Shown here one piece after another: positions 1 through 7,291 of a stretch of DNA of 12,667 nt. The translations under genes and the position numbers were made by a program. Under the pieces are notes generated by a model. That model searched no databases. It worked only from the letters and a program-made list of their open reading frames with translations, and had not been told where the DNA came from. This DNA comes from Myxococcota bacterium (GTDB lineage Bacteria > Myxococcota_A > UBA796 > GCA-2862545), in contig JBCCQY010000215.1 in assembly GCA_039208735.1 (NCBI GenBank), forward strand, positions 1-12,667, in the 5' to 3' direction. How positions within the stretch are numbered: position 1 is the stretch's first letter; each line of letters opens with the position of its first letter.

Positions 1-1
1 A

Positions 2-85
2 GACCCGTTTGGGGGGGCTCCTGCTGCGGACCCGTTTGGAGGTGCGGCGCCGGCCGCGGATCCGTTTGGCGGGGCTCCCGCGGCG
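2..85 (+). repeat. Three in-frame tandem coding repeats (27/30/27 nt) encoding DPFGGA(A)PAA; may continue beyond the left edge
   Basis: Units begin at 2 (gacccgtttgggggggct), 29 (gacccgtttggaggtgcg) and 59 (gatccgtttggcggggct). Confidence 0.9.
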
Positions 86-259
86 GAGCCAGCTGCGGCC
101 GCTGCACCGAAGCCGGCCGCTCCCGCGCCCGCCCCGAATCCTCCGGCCCCGTCGGAAGACAGCGCTCCGGCCAATGGCATCGCGTTGCTGTTCCGCGCGC
201 TGGGCGCCATGATCAGCAACTTCTTCCGGAGCCTCTTCGGCGGTGGCTCAACGCGCTGA
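2..259 (+). CDS. 3' part of a gene entering from the left edge: DPFGG repeats, Pro/Ala linker and amphipathic C-terminal helix; possibly a CoxG-like protein tail
   Basis: Frame starting at 2 is open to TGA at 257-259: DPFGGAPAADPFGGAAPAADPFGGAPAAEPAAAAAPKPAAPAPAPNPPAPSEDSAPANGIALLFRALGAMISNFFRSLFGGGSTR*. Repeat units differ mostly at synonymous positions, which supports coding in this frame. It overlaps the convergent coxE end by 12 nt (248-259). CoxG identity is an inference from tail architecture and context only. Confidence 0.8.
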   Translation, partial: DPFGGAPAADPFGGAAPAADPFGGAPAAEPAAAAAPKPAAPAPAPNPPAPSEDSAPANGIALLFRALGAMISNFFRSLFGGGSTR

Positions 260-1426
260 TAGCGCCTCGGCGAGCGATTCGAGGCTCGCGAGGTTGTGGA
301 CCGGCCGGTGCTCGTGAACGTGGGGCAAGATGGCCGCCACGCCTCGAGCCCGAGGTTCAAAGTCGTCGAATCCAAGCAGTGGGTTGAGCCACACGAGCCT
401 GCGGCACCACCGGGACAACCGTTCCATGGTGTCGCCAAGCGCGTCAGGGTCGTCCCGCTCGAGGCCGTCCGTCATGAGCAGCACGGTCGCGCCGGATCCC
501 AGCATGCGGCGAGCCCAGTCCTGTCGGAAGGCGTCGAGGCAGGAGGCGATGCGGGTGCCGCCGCTCCAGTCGCGGACCACCTCGGACAGCTCGCTGAACG
601 CGACGTCGACATCGCGATGGCGCAGCGCTCGGGTGACATGGGTGAGCCGGGTGCCGAACACAAACACGCTCACGCGGTCGCGGTCGTTGGTGAGCGCATG
701 CAGGAAGTGTAGGATCATCCTGCTGTAGCGCTCCATGGAACCACTGACGTCGCACAGCACCACGAGTGGTGATGGACGGGTCTTGGGCGCTCGGTACGCA
801 AGCCGCATGGGCTCCCCAAACGCCCGCCGCGACGCATGCATCGTGCGACGCAAATCGATTCGACGGCCGTGGCTGGCCGGGCGGGTGCGTCGGGTACGCT
901 GCTCGCGCCAGGGGAAGCGGAAACGTGCGAGGATCTTCCTTACCTCCGCTTCCTCATCAGCCGTCATCTCGTCGAAGTCCTTTTGTCGCAAGACCTCACG
1001 CGTCGATGCGGTGTTGCGCATATCGAGCGTGATTTCGGGCGGGGGAGGCGGCTGCGGTCGATTCTTCGGAAACGACCGAGGGCCTACCCCACGCCACGCC
1101 TCGGCGAGTCGTCGCCGGATCTTGGACTTCTTGGTCGGTTGGTCCATGCGGGAGGGAGGCAACAGCATGGACAGGGCCTCGGTCTGGCCAAACGGGTCGC
1201 GCCAGAAGGTGTCGAAGCCCAGGGCGAACAGCTCGTCGTGTTCGCGTCGGCTGACGAAGACGCCCCGCAGGGCCGCGAACACCTCGGTGCGATGTCCGAG
1301 CCCAATGAGTTGCAACGCCTCCACCGCATCAAGAACCTGGGCGGTGCCGACTGGAAGGCCGGCCCGCCGCAGGAATCCTGCGAAGTGCACCACGTTTTCG
1401 GCGAGGCGCCCCCCGAGTTCACTCAC
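248..1426 (-). CDS. coxE: CoxE-like VWA domain protein (about 392 aa)
   Basis: MIDAS DVSGS, SMERYSR, WSGGT, TDG and WLNP motifs typical of VWA_CoxE proteins. The likely start is GTG at 1426 (VSELGGRLAENVVHF), overlapping the coxD stop as GTGA. The 53-codon extension to 1585 in the ORF track lies inside coxD. Confidence 0.9.
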   Translation of the reverse strand: MSELGGRLAENVVHFAGFLRRAGLPVGTAQVLDAVEALQLIGLGHRTEVFAALRGVFVSRREHDELFALGFDTFWRDPFGQTEALSMLLPPSRMDQPTKKSKIRRRLAEAWRGVGPRSFPKNRPQPPPPPEITLDMRNTASTREVLRQKDFDEMTADEEAEVRKILARFRFPWREQRTRRTRPASHGRRIDLRRTMHASRRAFGEPMRLAYRAPKTRPSPLVVLCDVSGSMERYSRMILHFLHALTNDRDRVSVFVFGTRLTHVTRALRHRDVDVAFSELSEVVRDWSGGTRIASCLDAFRQDWARRMLGSGATVLLMTDGLERDDPDALGDTMERLSRWCRRLVWLNPLLGFDDFEPRARGVAAILPHVHEHRPVHNLASLESLAEALSAR

Positions 1427-2319
1427 CCCTCTGTTTCCCCGTGGACCCGGTCGTACAGGCCCTTGGCTTCGCTGCCGCGAATCCGCTCGATGTCGTCTTG
1501 GTACTTGAGCAATACCCCAAGCGTCTGGTCGATCGTTTCTGGGTCGAGGGCCACACGGTCGAGGGCCAACAAGGCCTGGGTCCACTCGATCGATTCAGCG
1601 ACCCCAGGACGCTTGAACACATCCACCTCCCGCAGGGCTTGCACGAAGGCGACGACCTGTGCGGCGAGCCGGGCTTCGGCCTCGGGCACGCGGGTGCGCA
1701 GGATCTGGAGTTCGCGCTCCGCCGACGGGTAGTCGACCCAGTGGTAGAGGCACCGTCGCTTGAGGGCGTCGTGGACCTCCCGCGTGCGGTTCGACGTGAT
1801 GATGACGATGGGCGGCGACTCGGCGCGCAGGACCCCCAATTCGGGAACCGTGACCTGGTAGTCCGAGAGCAGTTCGAGCAGGAACGCTTCAAACGGCTCG
1901 TCGGCCCGGTCGAGTTCGTCGATGAGGAGCACGGGCGGGCCTGCGTCATCGGACTCCAACGCCTGCAGGAGCGGACGTCGGATGAGGAAGCGCTCGCTGT
2001 AGAGATCGGCAGCGGAGAGCTGCTCTCCCGTACCCGACTCGCCAAGTCGAATCTCGAGGAGCTGCTGCGAGACATTCCACTCATACACGGCGGTGGAGGT
2101 GTCGAGCCCCTCGTAGCACTGAAGACGAATGAGCCGGCGCCCCAGCGTTTGGGCCAAGACCTTCGCAATCTCGGTTTTGCCCACGCCGGGTTCGCCTTCG
2201 AGGAACAACGGTCGCTGTCGCTTCAGGGAAAGGAAGACGACCGTCGCGAGGAGCCGGTCGCACACGTAGCCGCCACGCTCGAGAAGCCCGACGACGCTGT
2301 CGACCGACTCCACGCTCAC
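1423..2319 (-). CDS. coxD: CoxD-like MoxR-family AAA+ ATPase
   Basis: Walker A GEPGVGKT, RLQCYEGLD, Walker B LLIDE, sensor ITSN, ALKRRC. The GTG start overlaps the coxM stop (GTGA, 2316-2319). Confidence 0.93.
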   Translation of the reverse strand: MSVESVDSVVGLLERGGYVCDRLLATVVFLSLKRQRPLFLEGEPGVGKTEIAKVLAQTLGRRLIRLQCYEGLDTSTAVYEWNVSQQLLEIRLGESGTGEQLSAADLYSERFLIRRPLLQALESDDAGPPVLLIDELDRADEPFEAFLLELLSDYQVTVPELGVLRAESPPIVIITSNRTREVHDALKRRCLYHWVDYPSAERELQILRTRVPEAEARLAAQVVAFVQALREVDVFKRPGVAESIEWTQALLALDRVALDPETIDQTLGVLLKYQDDIERIRGSEAKGLYDRVHGETEG

Positions 2320-3113
2320 GCTGCGGCCGCCACTGCGCGCTTCGCGAGCACAGCCATCAGGTGGGCGCGATAGTCAGCCGAGAAATCCGGGTCCGAGTTC
2401 AAGTAGGTCGCGGGGACCGACAAGCTCGCCACGGCGTCGGGGGCCCAATTTGCTGTCAGCGCCTGCTGCGCGGCGGGCCAGGGCATGGCCTTCTCGGTGG
2501 CTCCGGTCACGCCGACGCGCGCGCCATCCGCGAACTGCGCCACGAACACGCCCACGACCGCGTACTTCGAGGCCGGATGGGGGAACTTCTGGTAATTCGC
2601 GCGCTGGGGCACGCGGAACGACACTTCGGTGATGATCTCGTTGGTTCCGAGCGCGGTGGTGAAGAGTCCCGTAAAGAACTGGGGCCCAGGGATCTTGCGC
2701 AGGTTCGTGTGGATCACGGCGTCGAGCGCAAGGATCGCCGAAGGGTAGTCCGCCGCGGGGTCCGCATGGGCGAGCGACCCGCCGATGGTGCCACGGTTGC
2801 GGACCTGAGCATCGCCGATGCCCCCCGCGAGGCCGGCGAGGGCCGGAATCACTCGGTTGACGACGTCGGAGCGGTGGACGCTGTCGTGCGTTTGGCCCGC
2901 GCCGATGATGAGCCGGTCGCCTTCTTCCCGAATGCCCTGGAGCGAATCGACACCCCGCAGGCTCACGAGATCGGTCGGAGCCGAAAGGCCTTCCTTGAGG
3001 ATGGGCAGGTAGCTTTGTCCGCCCCCGAGCACTTTCTTGTTGTCGTCGCCCGCCGCCAGGAGTCCGGCAGCTTCATCCACGGTCTTGGGACGATGGAATT
3101 TGAAGTTGTGCAC
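2316..3113 (-). CDS. coxM: FAD-binding medium subunit of a CO dehydrogenase/xanthine dehydrogenase family enzyme
   Basis: GGGQS, QVRNRGTIGGSLAHADPAAD and FFTGLFTTAL motifs. GTG start preceded by AGGAGG that overlaps the coxL TAG stop. Confidence 0.93.
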   Translation of the reverse strand: MHNFKFHRPKTVDEAAGLLAAGDDNKKVLGGGQSYLPILKEGLSAPTDLVSLRGVDSLQGIREEGDRLIIGAGQTHDSVHRSDVVNRVIPALAGLAGGIGDAQVRNRGTIGGSLAHADPAADYPSAILALDAVIHTNLRKIPGPQFFTGLFTTALGTNEIITEVSFRVPQRANYQKFPHPASKYAVVGVFVAQFADGARVGVTGATEKAMPWPAAQQALTANWAPDAVASLSVPATYLNSDPDFSADYRAHLMAVLAKRAVAAAA

Positions 3114-3122
3114 GTCGACCTC

Positions 3123-5477
3123 CTAGGCTTGCTTGGCGGCGCTGAGGGCCTGCCAGATCTTGTGGGGGGTGGCGGGCATGGAGATGTCGGTCACGCCAGC
3201 CGGCTTGAGGGCATCGATGACGGCGTTGATGACCGCCGGAGGAACGCCGATCGAACCCACCTCACCGACGCCCTTGGCGCCAATGGGGTTGTGGGTGCAC
3301 GGCGTGATGTGGAGTCCCGTGGTGAAGTTCGGGAAGTCCGCGGCGCGGGGCATCGTGTAGTTCATGTACGAGCCCGTCACGAGCTGACCGCGCTCATCGT
3401 AGTGGCAGCTCTCATACAGTGCCTGGCCGATCCCCTGAGCCAGTCCACCGTGGATCTGACCGTCGACGATCATCGGGTTGATGACGGTACCGATGTCATC
3501 GGCCACGACCACCTGACACAGTTCAACCATGCCGGTCTCGGGGTCGATCTCCAGTTCGACGACGTGCGAACCACCCGGGAACGTGAAGTTCTTCGGATCG
3601 TAGAATGCCGACTCTTCGAGGCCGGGTTCCAACTCCTCGATCGGGTACTTGTGGGGGACGTAGGCCGTCAGCGCCACGTCTCCGAAGCCCACCGCCTTCT
3701 CGGTCCCGGCGACCTTGAACTGGCCCCCTTCGAAGACGATGTCGTCCGCACTCGCTTCGAGCAGGTGCGCTGCAATCTTCTTGCCCTTCTCGACGATCTT
3801 GTTCGCCGCCTTCGCGATGGCCGACCCGCCGACCGCGAGCGAACGCGAACCGTAGGTACCCATGCCGAACGCGGAGTTCGCCGAGTCGCCGTGGTCGATG
3901 GTCACGTTGGCGATGTCGATGCCAAACGCATCCGCGACGATCTGCGCGAACGTGGTTTCATGGCCCTGACCGTGGCTGTGGGTCCCCGTGAACACGGTGA
4001 CCGAGCCAGTGGGGTGAACGCGAATGGTCGATGACTCGTAGAGGCCCGCGCGAGCCCCGAGTGCCCCGACGAGCGCAGAGGGCGCAATGCCGCAAGCCTC
4101 GACGTAGGTGGAGATGCCGATGCCCCGCAGCTTGCCGCGCGACTTGGCCTCCGCCCGACGAGCCTCGAAGCCCGCCCAATCCGATGCCTCGAGCGCTTGG
4201 TCGAGGCAGGCATCGTAGTCACCGACGTCGTACTCGAGGGCCACTGGCGTCTGGTACGGGAAGTCCCGGATGAAGTTCTTCCGGCGGATCTCGATGCGGT
4301 CCATCCCCAACTGGGCCGCTGCCTTGTCGACGAGACGCTCGAGGATGTAGGTCGCTTCGGGACGACCGGCCCCGCGGTACGCATCGACGGGGCAGGTGTG
4401 CGTGAAATACGCCTTCACTTCGACGTAGATCGCGGGCGTCGTGTAGACACCGGCCATCAGCGTACCGTGGAGCCACGTGGGCACCGCGGGGGCGAACGTC
4501 GACAGGTAAGCGCCCATGTTCGCCGCGGTCTGCTCGTGCAGCGCGAGGAACTTGCCCTCAGCATCGAGTGCGAGGCGGCACTTCGTGATGTGGTCACGGC
4601 CGTGCGCGTCCGACATGAACGACTCGGAGCGCTCCGCGGTCCACTTGACGGGCACCTTCAGCTTACGTGAGGCCCAGGTGACGAGGATTTCTTCTGCGTA
4701 GTGGAAGATCTTCGAACCGAAGCCGCCGCCGACGTCCGGTGCGACCACCCGGAGCTTGTGCTCTGGAATCGACAGGACGAACGCACCGAGCAAAAGCCGG
4801 ATGAGGTGTGGATTCTGGCTCGTGGTGTAGAGCGTCGTCATGTCCGTCGCGGGGTCGTAGTGCCCGTTGGCGGCGCGCGGTTCCATCGCGTTGGGAATCA
4901 CGCGGTTGTTGACGAGGTCGATTTCCACCACGTGGGCGGCATTGGCGAACGCTTGCTCGACGGGCTCGGGCTCGCCGAGGTGCCAGTCGTAGCAGACATT
5001 GTCGGGCGCGTCGTCCCAGACCTTGGCGTTGCCCGCGATGGCCTGTTCGAGGTTGGCCACGGCCGTCTGCTCGTCGTAGTCGACGATGACCGCGGCAGCT
5101 GCATCCTTGGCCGCCTGCTTGGTCTCGGCCACCACCATGGCCACGATGTCACCGACGTGACGCGCCGTGCTCTGCACAATCGCGGGGTGCGGCGGCTCGA
5201 CCATCACCGAGCCGTCTTTGTTGGTGATCTGCCAGCCGCACGGCACACCACCGACCTCGTCCTGCGCGATGTCGTTGCCGGTATAGATCGCATGCACGCC
5301 CGGTCGTGCCATGGCGGCACTCGTGTCGACCGATTTGATCGTCGCGTGTGCGTAAGGTGACCGCACAAAGACGGCGAAGGTCTGGCCCGGCAACACGATG
5401 TCGTCGGTGTAGCGACCCCGGCCGGTGATGAAGCGGTCGTCTTCCTTCCGCGCGATGCGTTGCCCAACGTACGCCAT
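3123..5477 (-). CDS. coxL: Molybdopterin-binding large subunit, form II CoxL-like molybdenum hydroxylase (784 aa)
   Basis: [18 protein letters not shown]-terminus, [18 protein letters not shown] (4362-4382 for AYRGAGR), [33 protein letters not shown] (catalytic Glu). Confidence 0.95.
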   Translation of the reverse strand: MAYVGQRIARKEDDRFITGRGRYTDDIVLPGQTFAVFVRSPYAHATIKSVDTSAAMARPGVHAIYTGNDIAQDEVGGVPCGWQITNKDGSVMVEPPHPAIVQSTARHVGDIVAMVVAETKQAAKDAAAAVIVDYDEQTAVANLEQAIAGNAKVWDDAPDNVCYDWHLGEPEPVEQAFANAAHVVEIDLVNNRVIPNAMEPRAANGHYDPATDMTTLYTTSQNPHLIRLLLGAFVLSIPEHKLRVVAPDVGGGFGSKIFHYAEEILVTWASRKLKVPVKWTAERSESFMSDAHGRDHITKCRLALDAEGKFLALHEQTAANMGAYLSTFAPAVPTWLHGTLMAGVYTTPAIYVEVKAYFTHTCPVDAYRGAGRPEATYILERLVDKAAAQLGMDRIEIRRKNFIRDFPYQTPVALEYDVGDYDACLDQALEASDWAGFEARRAEAKSRGKLRGIGISTYVEACGIAPSALVGALGARAGLYESSTIRVHPTGSVTVFTGTHSHGQGHETTFAQIVADAFGIDIANVTIDHGDSANSAFGMGTYGSRSLAVGGSAIAKAANKIVEKGKKIAAHLLEASADDIVFEGGQFKVAGTEKAVGFGDVALTAYVPHKYPIEELEPGLEESAFYDPKNFTFPGGSHVVELEIDPETGMVELCQVVVADDIGTVINPMIVDGQIHGGLAQGIGQALYESCHYDERGQLVTGSYMNYTMPRAADFPNFTTGLHITPCTHNPIGAKGVGEVGSIGVPPAVINAVIDALKPAGVTDISMPATPHKIWQALSAAKQA

Positions 5478-5480
5478 GAC

Positions 5481-5948
5481 TTACGCCCCCTTCATGTTGG
5501 AGGCCGCGGACCGAACGGCCGCGACGATGTTTTGGTACCCAGTACAGCGACAGATGTTGCCCTCGAGCCACTCCCGAACCTCGTCCTCGCTGGGGTCCGG
5601 ATTGCGATTCACCAGATCGACCGCACTCATGATCATGCCGGGCGTACAGAACCCACATTGAAGACCATGGTGTTCGCGAAAGGCGGTTTGCATAGGATGC
5701 AACTCCCCATTCGGGGCGAGTCCTTCGATCGTCTTCACCTCTCCACCGTCGGCTTCGGCGGCGAGCATGGCGCAGGACTTCACGGAAGCCCCATTCACAT
5801 GCACGACGCAAGCGCCGCACTGACTCGTGTCGCACCCTACGTGGGTCCCCGTGAGACGCATGGTCTCTCGGAGGAAGTCGACGAGGAGCGTTCTCGGCTC
5901 GACGTCGCGGGTGACTGTCTTTCCGTTGACGGTCATCGTCACGTTCAT
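5481..5948 (-). CDS. coxS: 2x[2Fe-2S] small subunit of a CO dehydrogenase/xanthine dehydrogenase family enzyme
   Basis: [10 protein letters not shown]...[10 protein letters not shown] and GNICRCTGY iron-sulfur motifs; strong SD GGAGG at 5953-5957 (minus strand). Confidence 0.95.
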   Translation of the reverse strand: MNVTMTVNGKTVTRDVEPRTLLVDFLRETMRLTGTHVGCDTSQCGACVVHVNGASVKSCAMLAAEADGGEVKTIEGLAPNGELHPMQTAFREHHGLQCGFCTPGMIMSAVDLVNRNPDPSEDEVREWLEGNICRCTGYQNIVAAVRSAASNMKGA

Positions 5949-5976
5949 GGCACCTCCGGCCGTACGGCAAGAGACG

Positions 5977-5985
5977 ACGCTACCA
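5977..5985 (-). promoter_or_regulatory. Candidate extended -10 promoter element (TGgTAGCGT) for the cox operon
   Basis: Minus strand reads TG-G-TAGCGT, matching TGnTAnnnT, about 20 nt upstream of the coxS SD. No convincing -35 seen. Confidence 0.35.
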
Positions 5986-6085
5986 GAGCGTGACGGGCGT
6001 GTGTAGTTGTGACCCGTTGGTCAGGTTCGAGACAAGGAACAACGAGGAGTTCGCTGCGATCGCTTTCTTGGGGCGCAACGGTCGG

Positions 6086-6544
6086 CTAACCGGCGCGGCG
6101 GTACGTCGACCAGGCCACGTACTGACCATCGCGAGTCGCAACCAGGAGCTGCTTGCGGGGAGTTCCGTTGGGTTTCCAGCTCACGTGGATGTGGGGCTTG
6201 GACTCGTAGAGGATGGCTTGGTCGATGGGCGCTCCGTCCTCCATCAGTTGGAGGAGCACCCGCCACGCTTCGTCTTTCGTCGCCCGTCGGGGTACCACAT
6301 CGGCCGCTTGGCCGTCGAGGTGCTGGCTCGTTGGGGCTCCTCCTACCGCTTGGTTGACCTTGAACGAACGATAGCCGCTCGTCACTTCGAGGACCCCGAT
6401 CCGGTCCCGCCATGGCTGCAACACTCGCGCGGCCCCATAGGTCAAGGCATCCACCTGCCGAGGGGAAGGCTCGTTGTAGAACGGCTGCGAGGTCTTGGTG
6501 AGCTCCTCGAGCGTGAAGTGCTGCGACAAGTACGTGGTCGGCAT
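6086..6544 (-). CDS. Peptidase M15A family zinc metallopeptidase (D-Ala-D-Ala carboxypeptidase/endolysin-like), about 152 aa
   Basis: HFTLEEL, TSGYRS, SQHLDGQAAD (His and Asp Zn ligands) and HIHVSW (His ligand). Probable start is ATG at 6544 with GAGGA upstream; the ORF track start at 6580 is less likely. No signal peptide visible. Confidence 0.88.
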   Translation of the reverse strand: MPTTYLSQHFTLEELTKTSQPFYNEPSPRQVDALTYGAARVLQPWRDRIGVLEVTSGYRSFKVNQAVGGAPTSQHLDGQAADVVPRRATKDEAWRVLLQLMEDGAPIDQAILYESKPHIHVSWKPNGTPRKQLLVATRDGQYVAWSTYRRAG

Positions 6545-6594
6545 TCGTTTCCTCACGTCGACGATACGACGCGACATCACTTCAAGGAGCCGTC

Positions 6595-7272
6595 ATGAGC
6601 GACGTTGAGCGCGCACGCTTGGTCTTCTTTTCCGACTACATATGACCATGGTGCTACCTCGCGGAGCGAGGTACCCTGAAGCCCCTGCTAGACCAGTTCG
6701 ACATTGATTTTGAATGGCGTGGGTTCGAACTGCACCCCGAAATCCCCGCCGGAGGGCTGGAGCTTGGTGACATGTTCGCACCAGCCCAGGTCGAAGCGAT
6801 GCATGCCCGACTGTCCAGCGTGGGCGAGTCGCTTGGCGTTCCCTTCACCCCACGGCCCCACGCCCCCAGCACCAAGCCTGCCCTGCTCCTTTCGGACTAC
6901 GCCCGACGGCATGGGAAGCTTGACGCATGGCGGGAAGCCGCGATGAACGCCCATTGGCGCGACGGGCGCGACATCGAAGACCGCGCGTACCTCACCGAGC
7001 TGCTCGAAGCCGTGGGCCTAGACGTCGAGGAAGCGTGGGCGTTTGTCGACAGCGAGGAGGCGCCGCGCATCCTCCACCAGCAGCGGGCGGACGCCATGCG
7101 CTGGGGCGTGTCGGGCATTCCCACGTGGTTCTTGCTTCCTGCGGGATGGGACCTCGGCGATCCGCGGCCTGCCGACGGAGCCCCACAGCCCATCCGGGTC
7201 GTGGGCTGTCAGCCGATGGACGTGGTGTTGGCGGCGGCCGAAAGAGCAGGCGCGACACCGCGTTCCGGCTAG
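6595..7272 (+). CDS. DsbA/FrnE-family thioredoxin-fold oxidoreductase, probable selenoprotein with a UxxC motif (225 aa, Sec at codon 17)
   Basis: SD AAGGAG 6584-6589 and ATG 6595. Translates MSDVERARLVFFSDYI[TGA 6643-6645]PWCYLAERGTLKPLLDQFDIDFEWRGFELHPEIP and continues in frame (59 codons) into the 6772..7272 ORF, which has the helical insert, GVSGIPTW cis-Pro motif and GCQP. SDxxCPWCY and WRxFELxP are FrnE-family hallmarks. Confidence 0.9.
6646..6678 (+). promoter_or_regulatory. Putative bacterial SECIS element
   Basis: Perfect 8-bp stem TACCTCGC (6655-6662) / GCGAGGTA (6666-6673) closing a GGA loop that begins after a 17-nt spacer from the TGA. An imperfect lower stem CATGG (6647-6651) / CCCTG (6674-6678) with a TGC bulge is also possible. 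Confidence 0.8.
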
Positions 7273-7291
7273 GGTGTGGTTAGGCGGCGCC

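Noticed and set aside
2..85. Repeats as a CRISPR array; G7 tract at 11-17 as a phase-variation site
   Set aside because: The units are adjacent coding repeats with no unique spacers, and G7 is short and explained by Gly-Gly-Ala codons.
9..212. 67-aa Arg/Pro-rich ORF in the track
   Set aside because: It is an off-frame shadow of the frame-2 reading (2..259), in which the repeats vary synonymously.
2361..4034. 557-aa + strand ORF and other long antisense ORFs (1441..2373, 7043..8503, 5990..6598)
   Set aside because: They lie opposite well-supported genes and have no recognisable motifs. Long antisense ORFs are expected in high-GC coding DNA.
3123..5477. Bona fide form I aerobic CO dehydrogenase, or a selenium-dependent molybdenum hydroxylase linked to the neighbouring selenoprotein
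   Set aside because: There is no AYxCSFR motif, no in-frame TGA in the cox genes, and no yqeB/yqeC-like or selD gene in the window. Proximity alone is not evidence.
5949..6085. Moco riboswitch upstream of the molybdoenzyme operon
   Set aside because: Only short hairpins are visible and I could not recognise the conserved multi-stem motif. An Rfam scan would be needed.
6643..6645. Genome-wide TGA reassignment (Trp/Gly code)
   Set aside because: TGA serves as the normal stop for coxM, coxD, coxE, the upstream ABC subunit and the acidic protein, and the family position calls for Cys/Sec.
6595..7272. Calling the DsbA/FrnE gene a pseudogene, or accepting the 6772 start
   Set aside because: The only interruption is a TGA exactly at the catalytic Cys, followed by a SECIS-like hairpin, with an intact SD and frame. 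The 6772 product would lack the active site.
7273..7291. Bidirectional intrinsic terminator between convergent genes
   Set aside because: The gap is only 19 nt with no clear hairpin plus U-tract.
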